Below are positions 25,755-34,986 of a DNA stretch of 53,365 nucleotides, piece by piece. Position 1 is the stretch's first letter. Each line of letters starts with the position of its first letter. The translations under genes were made by a program, and so were the position numbers. Below the pieces are notes generated by a model that did not search any database, was not told the origin of the DNA, and saw nothing but the letters and a program-made list of their open reading frames with translations. Source of the DNA: a virus (taxonomy: Duplodnaviria; Caudoviricetes). The stretch lies in IMG/VR virus record IMGVR_UViG_3300020183_005383, positions 1-53,365 of that record; one strand, written 5' to 3'.

Positions 25755-28544
25755 ATGATATCTACCAAAGAAATTGAATCATTTCTGCAAGGAAATGACT
25801 CCGAAACTTTTATAGTTGCAATTGAGTTCGATTACGCATCTAATTCCATTTTCAAAATCAAAGAAGAACCAGGTAAAGGAAAAGAAATCCGAAATGATAC
25901 TTTTATTCCTTTCGCGTGGGTCGGAGATTTACGTGGTCTTAACTTTTATAATAATTCCAAAATAGCCCAAAAACAGGGTATGTCAAAATACGGAATTGTT
26001 ATTGAAAAACTTGAAACCAAAGGTGATGAAAGACTTGAGAAAGGTTTGACCTTCATGATAAAATCTCTCAAAGGTTATAGAGAATTGATTCAGTTTTTTA
26101 GAGATGGTGGTTGTGACCCTTGGGGTGACCAGGCAAAGGATAAAATTATGATTTTACCGCCAGTAGAACAATATCTTATCTCTAAAGAGAAAAGATTGTT
26201 TAAAGGATATGATGATTATGACCAAGTTACTCGTCTTGTTTTTGACTTAGAGACTAACGCTCTTAACCCAAAAGATGGTCGCATCTTTATGATAGGAATC
26301 AAAACGAACAAAGGATATCATAAGGTGATTGAGTGTCTCGATGAGTCACAAGAAAAAGGTGCTATTATTGAGTTTTTCAATATTGTTAATGAAATCAAAC
26401 CATCAATTATTGGTGGGTACAATTCAGCAAACTTTGACTGGAATTGGTTATTTGAAAGAGGTCAAAGATTGGGTATTGATATGAGAAAATCAATCAAATC
26501 CTTACACCCTCAACATTCATATACAAGAAAAGAAACAATATTAAAGTTAGCAAACGAGGTTGAGGATTTCACTCAAACCTCCATTTGGGGGTATAATGTA
26601 ATTGATATTATTCATGCGGTTCGAAGGGCTCAGGCTATCAATTCAAACATCAAAGCGGTAGGTCTTAAGTATATTACAAAATATATTGGTCAGGAAGCTC
26701 CTGACCGTGTTTATATTGACCACACGGATATAGGAAAAATGTATGCGGCTAAGGAAGAGTATTGGTTGAATACTAAAAACGGAAAATATAAAAAGGCCTC
26801 TGAGTATGCGGATTTGGATAAAAAGTTCCCTGGTGTATATGTCAAGACCACTGGTGATAATTTGGTTGAAAGATATCTTAATGATGACTTAGAAGAAACC
26901 TTAGCGGTTGATAAAGAATTCAATCAAGCGTCCTTTTTACTTGCCTCTATGATTCCAACAACATATGAAAGAGTTGCCACTATGGGTACCGCTACACTTT
27001 GGAAGATGCTTATGTTGGCTTGGTCATACAAACACAACTTGCCCATCCCTGAAAAACAACAGAAGACAGATTTTGTTGGTGGACTTTCTCGTCTTCTGAA
27101 AGTTGGTTACTCAAAGAATGTTCTAAAACTTGACTTTTCCTCTCTTTATCCATCTATACAACTTGTTCATGACGTGTTTCCCAAATGTGATGTTTCAGGA
27201 GCCATGAAAGCAATGCTCAAGTATTTCCGTGACACCCGTATCAGATATAAACAACTTGCCGAAGAGTTTGAAAAAACTGACCCACAAAAATCTATATCAT
27301 ATTCAAACAAACAATTACCAATCAAGATTTTTATAAACTCGATGTTTGGTGCATTATCTGCTCCACAAGTTTTTGCTTGGGGTGACATGTATATGGGAGA
27401 ACAGATTACTTGTACTGGAAGACAGTATCTCCGTCAAATGATTAAGTTTTTCATTAGCAAAGGTTATACCCCGCTCGTAATGGATACCGACGGTGTAAAC
27501 TTTTCGAGCCCCGAAGACGTTGATACACACAGGTATATTGGTCGAGGATTAAATTGGAAGGTCAACGTTGGAAAAGAATACAACGGCCCTGATGCTGATG
27601 TAGCTGAATATAACGACATCTTCATGAGAGGTGAAATGGCTTTAGATACAGATGGTATTTGGCCTTCATGTATAAACCTTTCTAGAAAAAATTATGCGGT
27701 CATGGATGTTAAAGGGAAGATAAAGTTGACTGGTAATTCCATCAAATCAAAAAAACTTCCATTGTATATTGAAACGTTCTTAGATAAGGGGATTAAGATG
27801 TTACTAGAGGGTAAAGGGAAAGATTTCATCGAATACTATTACGAGTATCTCAAAGTAATATTTGACCAAAAGATTCCACTTGCTCAAATTGCTCAAAGAG
27901 CTAAAATCAAATTAACTTTGGATGATTACAGAAAAAGATTGACGCAGAAGACCAAAGCGGGAAATAGTATGTCTCGTATGGCTCATATGGAACTTGCAAT
28001 CCAACAAAATCTAAGTGTCAATTTGGGTGACGTAATAATGTATGTTAATAACGGTAAAAAATCTTCACAGGGTGATGTTCAAAAGATGACGGCTAAACAA
28101 ATCAAGGACCTAAATGAATATAACAAAACTCAGAATCCTCAAGCTAAAATGGTTGAAGATGGTGTTATTGTAAATTGTTACATGTTAGACTCAAGTACTT
28201 TTGACTCAAACCCAAATCTTACGGGAGATTATAATGTACCAAGAGCAATAGTCACTTTCAATAAAAGAATAGAACCTCTATTGGTTGTGTTCAAACAAGA
28301 GGTCAGGGATGGTTTAATTGTAGCAGACCCTGAGAACAGAGGTATTTTCACAAGTGCACAGTGTGAGTTGATAAACGGTATGCCTTTTGAAGATGGCGAC
28401 CAAGATAAGTTAGAAGAAGATGTTCTCAATATGACAGAACAAGAATTGGATTATTGGAAACGTAGAGGTTTGAAACCTACTTACATCTATGAACTCGCTG
28501 ATAAAGATTGGGAAGGAAAATTAGGATTGCTTCAAACCGTCTGA
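25755..28544 (+). CDS. polB: Family B DNA polymerase with proofreading domain
   Basis: FDLET, GYNSANFD, YLNDD; LDFSSLYPS, KIFINSMFG, MDTDG, KNYA. ATG at 25755 preferred over the track's TTG. Confidence 0.96.
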   Translation: MISTKEIESFLQGNDSETFIVAIEFDYASNSIFKIKEEPGKGKEIRNDTFIPFAWVGDLRGLNFYNNSKIAQKQGMSKYGIVIEKLETKGDERLEKGLTFMIKSLKGYRELIQFFRDGGCDPWGDQAKDKIMILPPVEQYLISKEKRLFKGYDDYDQVTRLVFDLETNALNPKDGRIFMIGIKTNKGYHKVIECLDESQEKGAIIEFFNIVNEIKPSIIGGYNSANFDWNWLFERGQRLGIDMRKSIKSLHPQHSYTRKETILKLANEVEDFTQTSIWGYNVIDIIHAVRRAQAINSNIKAVGLKYITKYIGQEAPDRVYIDHTDIGKMYAAKEEYWLNTKNGKYKKASEYADLDKKFPGVYVKTTGDNLVERYLNDDLEETLAVDKEFNQASFLLASMIPTTYERVATMGTATLWKMLMLAWSYKHNLPIPEKQQKTDFVGGLSRLLKVGYSKNVLKLDFSSLYPSIQLVHDVFPKCDVSGAMKAMLKYFRDTRIRYKQLAEEFEKTDPQKSISYSNKQLPIKIFINSMFGALSAPQVFAWGDMYMGEQITCTGRQYLRQMIKFFISKGYTPLVMDTDGVNFSSPEDVDTHRYIGRGLNWKVNVGKEYNGPDADVAEYNDIFMRGEMALDTDGIWPSCINLSRKNYAVMDVKGKIKLTGNSIKSKKLPLYIETFLDKGIKMLLEGKGKDFIEYYYEYLKVIFDQKIPLAQIAQRAKIKLTLDDYRKRLTQKTKAGNSMSRMAHMELAIQQNLSVNLGDVIMYVNNGKKSSQGDVQKMTAKQIKDLNEYNKTQNPQAKMVEDGVIVNCYMLDSSTFDSNPNLTGDYNVPRAIVTFNKRIEPLLVVFKQEVRDGLIVADPENRGIFTSAQCELINGMPFEDGDQDKLEEDVLNMTEQELDYWKRRGLKPTYIYELADKDWEGKLGLLQTV

Positions 28545-28856
28545 TGACAATATATACCAGTGTCCGTTAACAAATAAAAACTCCACACAGGCAAACTTAT
28601 CTAAAATAAGTTCATCATATTCTTCATCAATTTTACCTACATCAGGTAAAATTATTACCTTTGTCATGGCTTTGATAACTATGTGGTCTGTTGTGGAAGA
28701 ATCCAAAATCACATTTGAATGAGCAATTCCCCTCACTATAATTTTAGATTCTCCATGTGTTCGGTAATCTAATTCTGATACTACAGAAATTTCTGAAGTA
28801 TTAACCATGTTACCGTTTATGATTCTTTTTGACGGAATAGTTCTTACAATCGCCAT
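28521..28856 (-). CDS. Hypothetical phage protein
   Basis: 111-aa beta-rich ORF directly downstream of the neck gene; its 3' end overlaps the polB 3' end. Confidence 0.65.
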   Translation of the reverse strand: MAIVRTIPSKRIINGNMVNTSEISVVSELDYRTHGESKIIVRGIAHSNVILDSSTTDHIVIKAMTKVIILPDVGKIDEEYDELILDKFACVEFLFVNGHWYILSSDGLKQS

Positions 28857-28859
28857 AAA

Positions 28860-29987
28860 TTAAATTACATATATTTGACGAGGCATTGCTCTGAACCTCA
28901 TTTGTTTATTTAAGTTTTCTGCAATACTAGCCTCCCTCTCCATTACCTTTTCGGGTCTCAATCTTGATAACCAACCATTCTCACCTATCAATTCCTCGAG
29001 TAACTTTGATTTTTCGTCCTTACCTTCAGTTGCTAAACTAGCGTAATCCATTGTGATTTCACTGTCTGGTGTTTTCAGGTTACCTGAATATTTCCCTCTG
29101 ACTCTTGAAAGAGTTTCTTTACAATAAGCTGTGAACCATCTTCTAACCCATTGCTGACCAGGTACATTCAAATCCTCCCAAGACAACTCTTCAATGGGGA
29201 CATCTGTTGGTAATTTTATAATGTCAGGATTAGCTTTAAGACAAGCTGCCCTGTCTTCTGGTCCTACATCATAATACCAATACCAAACAGCTTTTCCAAC
29301 ATACATGCTATAGTTATTCCAGTTGAATCTTCCACCTGGTGTGTTATATAAAAATATATTTCTTTTTCCATCGGGTAACGCTGTTATTCTATATGTTAAT
29401 GAACCACCTAAGATTCTATTCAATATGTTTGCTTCCTGCATTCTTATTAGATAGTCAAACCCTGACATCATGAAATAGGAACCTTGATATCCCATCTGTG
29501 CGTAACCAGCCTCGTTCGCTCCTAAACCAATTCCTCCAAATCCAAACCCACCAATACCCCCTAATCCGAATGCCGTAAATGGTTGGTTCGAAAACCAAAG
29601 AAGTTCATTGACTTCACGACCAGCCGGTATTTCGTAGTTCTGTGTATTTGCACTGAGAATGAAATAATCCTTTTTTAATACCCAAGGGCCTATCGTCTGT
29701 AATCCAACAATTTTCGAATATGAAAAAGAAAATTGTTGTTCGAAGTCCATTGTACGTGTAATGAGAGCTCTTGCAACTGACCTTTCTGTCATGTTCAAAT
29801 TTACCAAGTTTACCCATTGACTATCAATTAACCATTGAAGAACGTACTCCTCGTAGTCCCCAAGTGATAACTCAACCAAAGAGTCTAACATCTCGTCAGT
29901 AAGTTCAACACTTCTGAGAGGAGCACCTAATAGGTGTTTAATTCTCGTATAAAGTCGTGACCTCTCTGGTTCTGGAATTGCTGCCAT
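28860..29987 (-). CDS. Neck / head-tail adaptor protein (T4 gp13-like)
   Basis: RIKHLLGAPLRSVELTDEMLD and WVRRWFTAYCKE.L..VRGKY; preceded by TATTTATA. Confidence 0.75.
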   Translation of the reverse strand: MAAIPEPERSRLYTRIKHLLGAPLRSVELTDEMLDSLVELSLGDYEEYVLQWLIDSQWVNLVNLNMTERSVARALITRTMDFEQQFSFSYSKIVGLQTIGPWVLKKDYFILSANTQNYEIPAGREVNELLWFSNQPFTAFGLGGIGGFGFGGIGLGANEAGYAQMGYQGSYFMMSGFDYLIRMQEANILNRILGGSLTYRITALPDGKRNIFLYNTPGGRFNWNNYSMYVGKAVWYWYYDVGPEDRAACLKANPDIIKLPTDVPIEELSWEDLNVPGQQWVRRWFTAYCKETLSRVRGKYSGNLKTPDSEITMDYASLATEGKDEKSKLLEELIGENGWLSRLRPEKVMEREASIAENLNKQMRFRAMPRQIYVI

Positions 29988-30005
29988 ATTCTATAAATAT
30001 ATTCT

Positions 30006-31541
30006 TTATTCAATTTCGTGTAATAAAGCATTTTTTGGGAATATGTAACGACCGTTTGATATTTCACAATCGTTTTTGAAAATTAAAACATGATTTGATT
30101 TAGTTTGAAAAAATATCATCCAATCCACATTATATTTTTTCACATCTGCGTCTGTAAAAATTACATAAGTGTCTTTTGTTGTTTTGAGATAATTGTAGGG
30201 TTTGACCTGACATGAGTGAGCTCTATCTTTTATTGTGATAATTAAATCAACACCTTCAATTGCATCCATTTTTTTACCCGCTCCACTAGTTTTTTCGATT
30301 GTAGCATCACCCTCAAAATATAAATCTATTTTTTTGAATACACTGTTTTCAGAATCCATTCCACGTTTCCAAGTTTTCAACAAAACTTTTAAGATATTGA
30401 TGAACTCAGAATTTTCTTTTGAATAAAGTTGGTTAGCAAAATAATCTAAAGCTTTACCAAAACGAATAATTTCTTCAGGTCTCCTTTCCTTTTCATTATA
30501 AAAATTGAACATTTTTTCTGGTCTACCTTTTTCTTTAATTAGGTTGTTGACCGCTTTGACCAATAAACAAAAAGTGTTATGGTTGGTATTAAGATTGTTC
30601 AACACAGACCTGCCTTGAGATTCCAAATTATAGAAACCAGACATGGTATCATTTGTTTGTTCCGCCCAAGAATCACCAAAAACTTTTCTAAGTGAATTAG
30701 TAATCGCTTTGATGTATAGCCTTTTCATAGTCTCATCGAAAAGGATTTCTTTATATACTGAAACATCGTCCTTTGAACAAAAGGTGGCAGTGTCCTTTTC
30801 ATCAATCAATCTTTTGTACTCAATTTGTTCAAGTAATTTCGTTTTAACTTTCATCTCGAAAAGTTCAGATACAAACTCCCAATTTACTACTTTCCAAAAG
30901 TTTGATATGTACTCGTCTCTTTTGTTTTTATATTTTAAATAATAGGCGTGTTCCCATAAATCTAACCCTAAGAGAGGAAACCCACCCCCTTCAATCACGT
31001 TCATCAGAGGGTTGTCTTGGTTCGGAGTAGACATAATTTTAAGTTGATTTTTTGGTGTCAATAGTAGCCACACCCAACCAGACCCAAATCTATCTTTAGC
31101 AATGGTCTCAAACTTTTTTTTGAAGTTTGTAAACGTGCCAAACTCTTTGGTTATCTTTTTGAATAGTTCGCCTTCCAATTTCTTTGGTTCGGGTGTCAAC
31201 ATATTCCAAAAAAGTGCGTGGTTAAAAGCACCCCCAGCGTTATTTCTAATTGTCTTATCGTATCTGTCGATATTTTTGATGATGTTTTCTAAATCGACAT
31301 CTCCTTTCTTTTTCTTCGATAACGCATCGTTGAGTTTATCAACATACCCTTTGTAATGTTTGTTGTAATGGAAGTTCATTGTCTCGGGGTCAATGAATTG
31401 TTTCAGGGCTGTGTAGGAATAAGGTAATTTCTCTATTCCGATTTTTTTCATCTCTGTAATCAACAACGACTTTTCATTTTGTATGTGTCTTTCTTGAATT
31501 TGTTTTTCAATTTGTTGAATCCTCTTCTCTGTGTTCTGCAT
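30006..31541 (-). CDS. Fe/Mn superoxide dismutase (Mn-type signature) with long C-terminal extension
   Basis: LPYSY.AL, HYNKH..Y, NNAGG..NH..FW, FGSGW.WL, NQD, DLWEHAYY; C-terminal D...GVD...QVK. Confidence 0.9.
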   Translation of the reverse strand: MQNTEKRIQQIEKQIQERHIQNEKSLLITEMKKIGIEKLPYSYTALKQFIDPETMNFHYNKHYKGYVDKLNDALSKKKKGDVDLENIIKNIDRYDKTIRNNAGGAFNHALFWNMLTPEPKKLEGELFKKITKEFGTFTNFKKKFETIAKDRFGSGWVWLLLTPKNQLKIMSTPNQDNPLMNVIEGGGFPLLGLDLWEHAYYLKYKNKRDEYISNFWKVVNWEFVSELFEMKVKTKLLEQIEYKRLIDEKDTATFCSKDDVSVYKEILFDETMKRLYIKAITNSLRKVFGDSWAEQTNDTMSGFYNLESQGRSVLNNLNTNHNTFCLLVKAVNNLIKEKGRPEKMFNFYNEKERRPEEIIRFGKALDYFANQLYSKENSEFINILKVLLKTWKRGMDSENSVFKKIDLYFEGDATIEKTSGAGKKMDAIEGVDLIITIKDRAHSCQVKPYNYLKTTKDTYVIFTDADVKKYNVDWMIFFQTKSNHVLIFKNDCEISNGRYIFPKNALLHEIE

Positions 31542-31582
31542 ATTTGTGAGTTATTCGTTTATATAAATAACTCGATATTTTG

Positions 31583-33340
31583 TTATTTCCTCATCTCGTT
31601 TATTCTTTTTAATATTTCTTCTGCTGCATCTGAGGAATCTATGTTGTCACCTAACACAGTTGAAATATTTTTTTTCTTATCATTCACAATCGCATAGATG
31701 ATTCCTTCAATTGTGTTTTCAAAAATGGGATAATATACTAAAACGTTATTTTTTTGGCCGTATCTATACGCTCTGTCTTCGGCTTGACTCATGTCACCAG
31801 GAACGAACGATAAATCGTTGATAATCACAGCTTCAGCTGCGGTAAGGGTCAATCCGACACCAGCGGCTTTTATATTACCAACGAAGACTCTTATATTATC
31901 GTTGTCTTGGAATGAATCAACACTCAGTTGTCTTTCCCCTTTGGATAAAGAGCCGTCAACTTTGACTGAGGTCTTACCAAAATGTTCATAGATTTTGTTC
32001 AACGATTCAGTAAAATTACAGAATATGATTACTTTTTTTCCTTGTTCTATGATGTTTTCGGCTAGTTCGATTGTTTGGTCGATTTTCTCATTGGCAATAA
32101 TTTGACGAACCTTTGTGAGTTTTGTAAATTGTACTGTTAATGATTTCGATTCTTCTGGTTTTTTATCTAACCAATTATAATATTCACCCATTACCTCCTC
32201 ATAGTTCTTTGATTTGAGTCTTAGATATATTGGGGTAATTATTTTTTCGGGTAAATCCAAAACGTCTTCTTTCAATCTTCTTAAAGTTAGTCCCGAAGTA
32301 CGGTCTCTAAGTTCTTCAAGATTTGATGCACCCATAACATTCCAAACTTTTCTGGCACCTACCTTGAATTGATATCCACTACAATATCTTATTACATAAG
32401 CCATCCAATTTTTTGCAACAGGCGAATCCACCAAACTCAATAAGTTAAAATAGTCAATAGGTCTTGATGTCATAGGTGTTCCCGTAAGTAACCAAAGTCT
32501 GTCAACTTTTTTTACGATGTCATTTATTAATTTTGTTCTTTGCGCTTGAGCGTTTTTAATATAGTGTGCTTCGTCAATAACCACCAAATCAAAACCGGCT
32601 CTAAGAATCTGTGAATCATCTTTCTTTTTCGAATCATGAAAATTTTTTAATATATCATAGTTTATTATGACAAATTCGTGTTCTGTACTGAAACTTTTAC
32701 CTTCCGAAATATACACTAATTTATCAGTATAGTTTTCGATTTCCCTTTTCCAATTTATTTTTAAAGTTGCGGGACAAATAATCAAAACTTTTTTTGCCCC
32801 TGTCTCCAAAGCGGCTATAATAGTGGAAGTTGTTTTTCCCAACCCCATATCATCGGCCAAAATAAACTTTTTGTTTTCAACTAATTTTTGTATAGATTCT
32901 TTTTGGTGGTTGAGTGGTGGTCTGTTAGAATATTTGTCATAATTAATTACAACATTTTTCACAGTGTTGTCTTTTATCACCGCGGCCTTGGGTAACCAAA
33001 ATTCGTAGAGTTCTTCTGTTTCCCAAACCCTTCCCCAAATATGAAATGCTTTATCTTTCTCGGCTAATATTTTTTCTACCCAAACTTTTTTTGGTATGTC
33101 GGTGTATAATTTATCATCCGCTAATTTTTGTGCGAAATAAGAATCAAGTATTACCCACTTTCTTGCAACTTTTGGGTTTTGATTGTAATTGTTGATTATG
33201 TATTGAGATTGAGCTCTTGTAGGATAAAACTTCTTGTTTGTTTGGAACTTCCTTTTTAATGACAAGATGTAGTTATTGGCACCATCATAGGTTTCCAAAT
33301 GTGTTATTGCTGTTGACTCTAAAGAAAGATTGCTACTCAT
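31583..33340 (-). CDS. SNF2-family (SMARCAL1/HARP-like) helicase
   Basis: LADDMGLGKT, DEAH, LTGTP, RRLK.DVL.LP.K, AAGVGLTL, QAEDRAYRYGQ. Confidence 0.94.
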   Translation of the reverse strand: MSSNLSLESTAITHLETYDGANNYILSLKRKFQTNKKFYPTRAQSQYIINNYNQNPKVARKWVILDSYFAQKLADDKLYTDIPKKVWVEKILAEKDKAFHIWGRVWETEELYEFWLPKAAVIKDNTVKNVVINYDKYSNRPPLNHQKESIQKLVENKKFILADDMGLGKTTSTIIAALETGAKKVLIICPATLKINWKREIENYTDKLVYISEGKSFSTEHEFVIINYDILKNFHDSKKKDDSQILRAGFDLVVIDEAHYIKNAQAQRTKLINDIVKKVDRLWLLTGTPMTSRPIDYFNLLSLVDSPVAKNWMAYVIRYCSGYQFKVGARKVWNVMGASNLEELRDRTSGLTLRRLKEDVLDLPEKIITPIYLRLKSKNYEEVMGEYYNWLDKKPEESKSLTVQFTKLTKVRQIIANEKIDQTIELAENIIEQGKKVIIFCNFTESLNKIYEHFGKTSVKVDGSLSKGERQLSVDSFQDNDNIRVFVGNIKAAGVGLTLTAAEAVIINDLSFVPGDMSQAEDRAYRYGQKNNVLVYYPIFENTIEGIIYAIVNDKKKNISTVLGDNIDSSDAAEEILKRINEMRK

Positions 33341-33735
33341 TAAATTATTTTAGTGTCGAACCTTCCGTCCTTCCAGTATTCGTCACCTCCATACCAAACG
33401 AATATTTCTTCTTCGGGTAAGATTTCTCTCAGAGCATAAAACTCAAATGCATCTAATTTGTAATTAGACCTCCAACATGCGTTTGGCTTATTGTTATGAT
33501 TATAAAAACTTGAAAACCCAAGACCTACGACTTGTTTCTCCCAATTAGAGTTTCCTTGGGGCCAATTAAATCTGTGATTCATCAAAATGGTACTTGGGAC
33601 CCCTTTGGGTATTTCAAGGTCTAAGTAAGGACATGTTTCGAAAACCTCGTCGATAAATATTTTTTCCGAAGCAAATACACCTCTCCCGTGAATCGGGCTT
33701 TTTGCTAAATAAATTTTTGTTGGTGGGCGTATCAT
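33340..33735 (-). CDS. SET-domain protein-lysine methyltransferase
   Basis: SPIHGRGVFA, YNHNNKPN, ALREI...EEIFVWYG; ATG at 33735 preferred. Confidence 0.9.
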   Translation of the reverse strand: MIRPPTKIYLAKSPIHGRGVFASEKIFIDEVFETCPYLDLEIPKGVPSTILMNHRFNWPQGNSNWEKQVVGLGFSSFYNHNNKPNACWRSNYKLDAFEFYALREILPEEEIFVWYGGDEYWKDGRFDTKII

Positions 33736-33751
33736 AAGTTTACAATTAATA

Positions 33752-33780
33752 ATAATAATAAATCTAAAAGTATTTATCAA
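33752..33780 (-). promoter_or_regulatory. Sigma70-like promoter for SET-SNF2, overlapping the + strand TATTTAT motif
   Basis: - strand TTGATA (33780-33775), 17 nt, TATTAT (33757-33752); + strand TATTTAT at 33771-33777. Confidence 0.45.
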
Positions 33781-33783
33781 TAT

Positions 33784-34296
33784 ATGGAAAAATTAGTTCC
33801 TATAACTCGACTTGGTAAATTCTTCGGTGGAGAGGACTATACTCTTGATATTGATATGGGAGAGGAGTGGTTGATTGGTGACATGAACTTCACAGTCATT
33901 CTTTATAGAATTGATAGATATAAAACCAAAACTGATGATGTTTATGGTGAGGTATTAGAAGATGGTATTCAGTTTTTAGCTCCCGTTGAACTGAAAGGAT
34001 ATGTTCAAGTTATGGCACCAACAAACAAATTTTTAGGTAATTCTAAAATTGAACAACAAGAGCCAGGTAATATGAGATTTAGTGTTTATCAAAAAACACT
34101 AGAGGACCTCGGTGTTGAGATTTTCATGGGGGATTATTTGGGATATTATGAAACTGAAGACAGAGTAAGATATTACGTTGTTTCAGATGATGGATTCGTA
34201 AGGTCTGATAATAAACACACTTATGGTGGTTACAAACCTTTTTATAGAACTGTGGTTGCAACTTATGTGAGTGAAAATGAGTTTAGAGGTATATAA
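33784..34296 (+). CDS. Head-closure / neck protein (T4 gp14-like)
   Basis: LYRID...T..DDVYGE....F..PVE, L..LGVEI.MGD; first gene of the tail module. Confidence 0.6.
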   Translation: MEKLVPITRLGKFFGGEDYTLDIDMGEEWLIGDMNFTVILYRIDRYKTKTDDVYGEVLEDGIQFLAPVELKGYVQVMAPTNKFLGNSKIEQQEPGNMRFSVYQKTLEDLGVEIFMGDYLGYYETEDRVRYYVVSDDGFVRSDNKHTYGGYKPFYRTVVATYVSENEFRGI

Positions 34297-34299
34297 CTT

Positions 34300-34980
34300 A
34301 TGAAATACATACTTACAGAACAACAATATAATTTTTTAATCAAAGAAATTGCTTTTGACCCTGAAGTTGCAAAAATACAAAGGGTACTAATAAAAAAATA
34401 TGATTTGGGAAAATACGGTCCAAATAAGGATGGTGTTGATGGTAAATTAGGACCTTTAACCAAAAAGGCGATGGAAAAGGAGTATGGAAAATCAATGGAA
34501 CAGTCAATTCTTAAGAATAGACCAACGGGTTTTTTTGACGCGGTTTTGATTGGCGGTTTAGATTATAGAAATGGGGATTTGTCAATTGACCAGCAAGTTC
34601 AAAAGCTTTCTACTTCTCTTGGTATGCAAAATGTTAAAGGCTTCAGGTACAATGCTCAGACATCTGATATATTGAGTTTCTTGAAAGACAATCCAAATAT
34701 ACCTGTTTATATGTTTAGTGCGGGTTGTGTTAAAGCAAAAGATATCTCAAGTAGCCAATATGTTAATAAGAGTAAAATCTATATAGTTGAGCCGTATGCT
34801 AAAAGTGAAAGAACAAAACAAATTGTTCAATCTGCAGTATCTAATGGTGTCCCATCTAAAAATGTATTTGCTGGACCAAACAAGAGTAGAGGGGATGATG
34901 TTGTTAATGGGGCTTCTTTTTCAAACGCTAGAACCCATTGGGACGCTTTGGGTCGTGTAGGATTAATTACAAAAAGTTAA
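34300..34980 (+). CDS. Peptidoglycan-binding-like domain plus alpha/beta-hydrolase-like domain protein
   Basis: VAKIQRVL...GVDGKLGPLTKKA; LIGGLD, YMFSAG nucleophile-elbow-like, C-terminal His (THWDAL). Confidence 0.55.
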   Translation: MKYILTEQQYNFLIKEIAFDPEVAKIQRVLIKKYDLGKYGPNKDGVDGKLGPLTKKAMEKEYGKSMEQSILKNRPTGFFDAVLIGGLDYRNGDLSIDQQVQKLSTSLGMQNVKGFRYNAQTSDILSFLKDNPNIPVYMFSAGCVKAKDISSSQYVNKSKIYIVEPYAKSERTKQIVQSAVSNGVPSKNVFAGPNKSRGDDVVNGASFSNARTHWDALGRVGLITKS

Positions 34981-34986
34981 ATTATT

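Noticed and set aside
25755-28544. Intein or intron in PolB
   Set aside because: Continuous ORF with normally spaced motifs; no splice-junction or LAGLIDADG motifs seen.
25755-33735. Eukaryotic giant virus origin suggested by PolB, SNF2, SET and many GTs
   Set aside because: Neck, sheath, tube, tape measure and baseplate genes, overlapping operonic ORFs and intrinsic terminators indicate a tailed bacteriophage.
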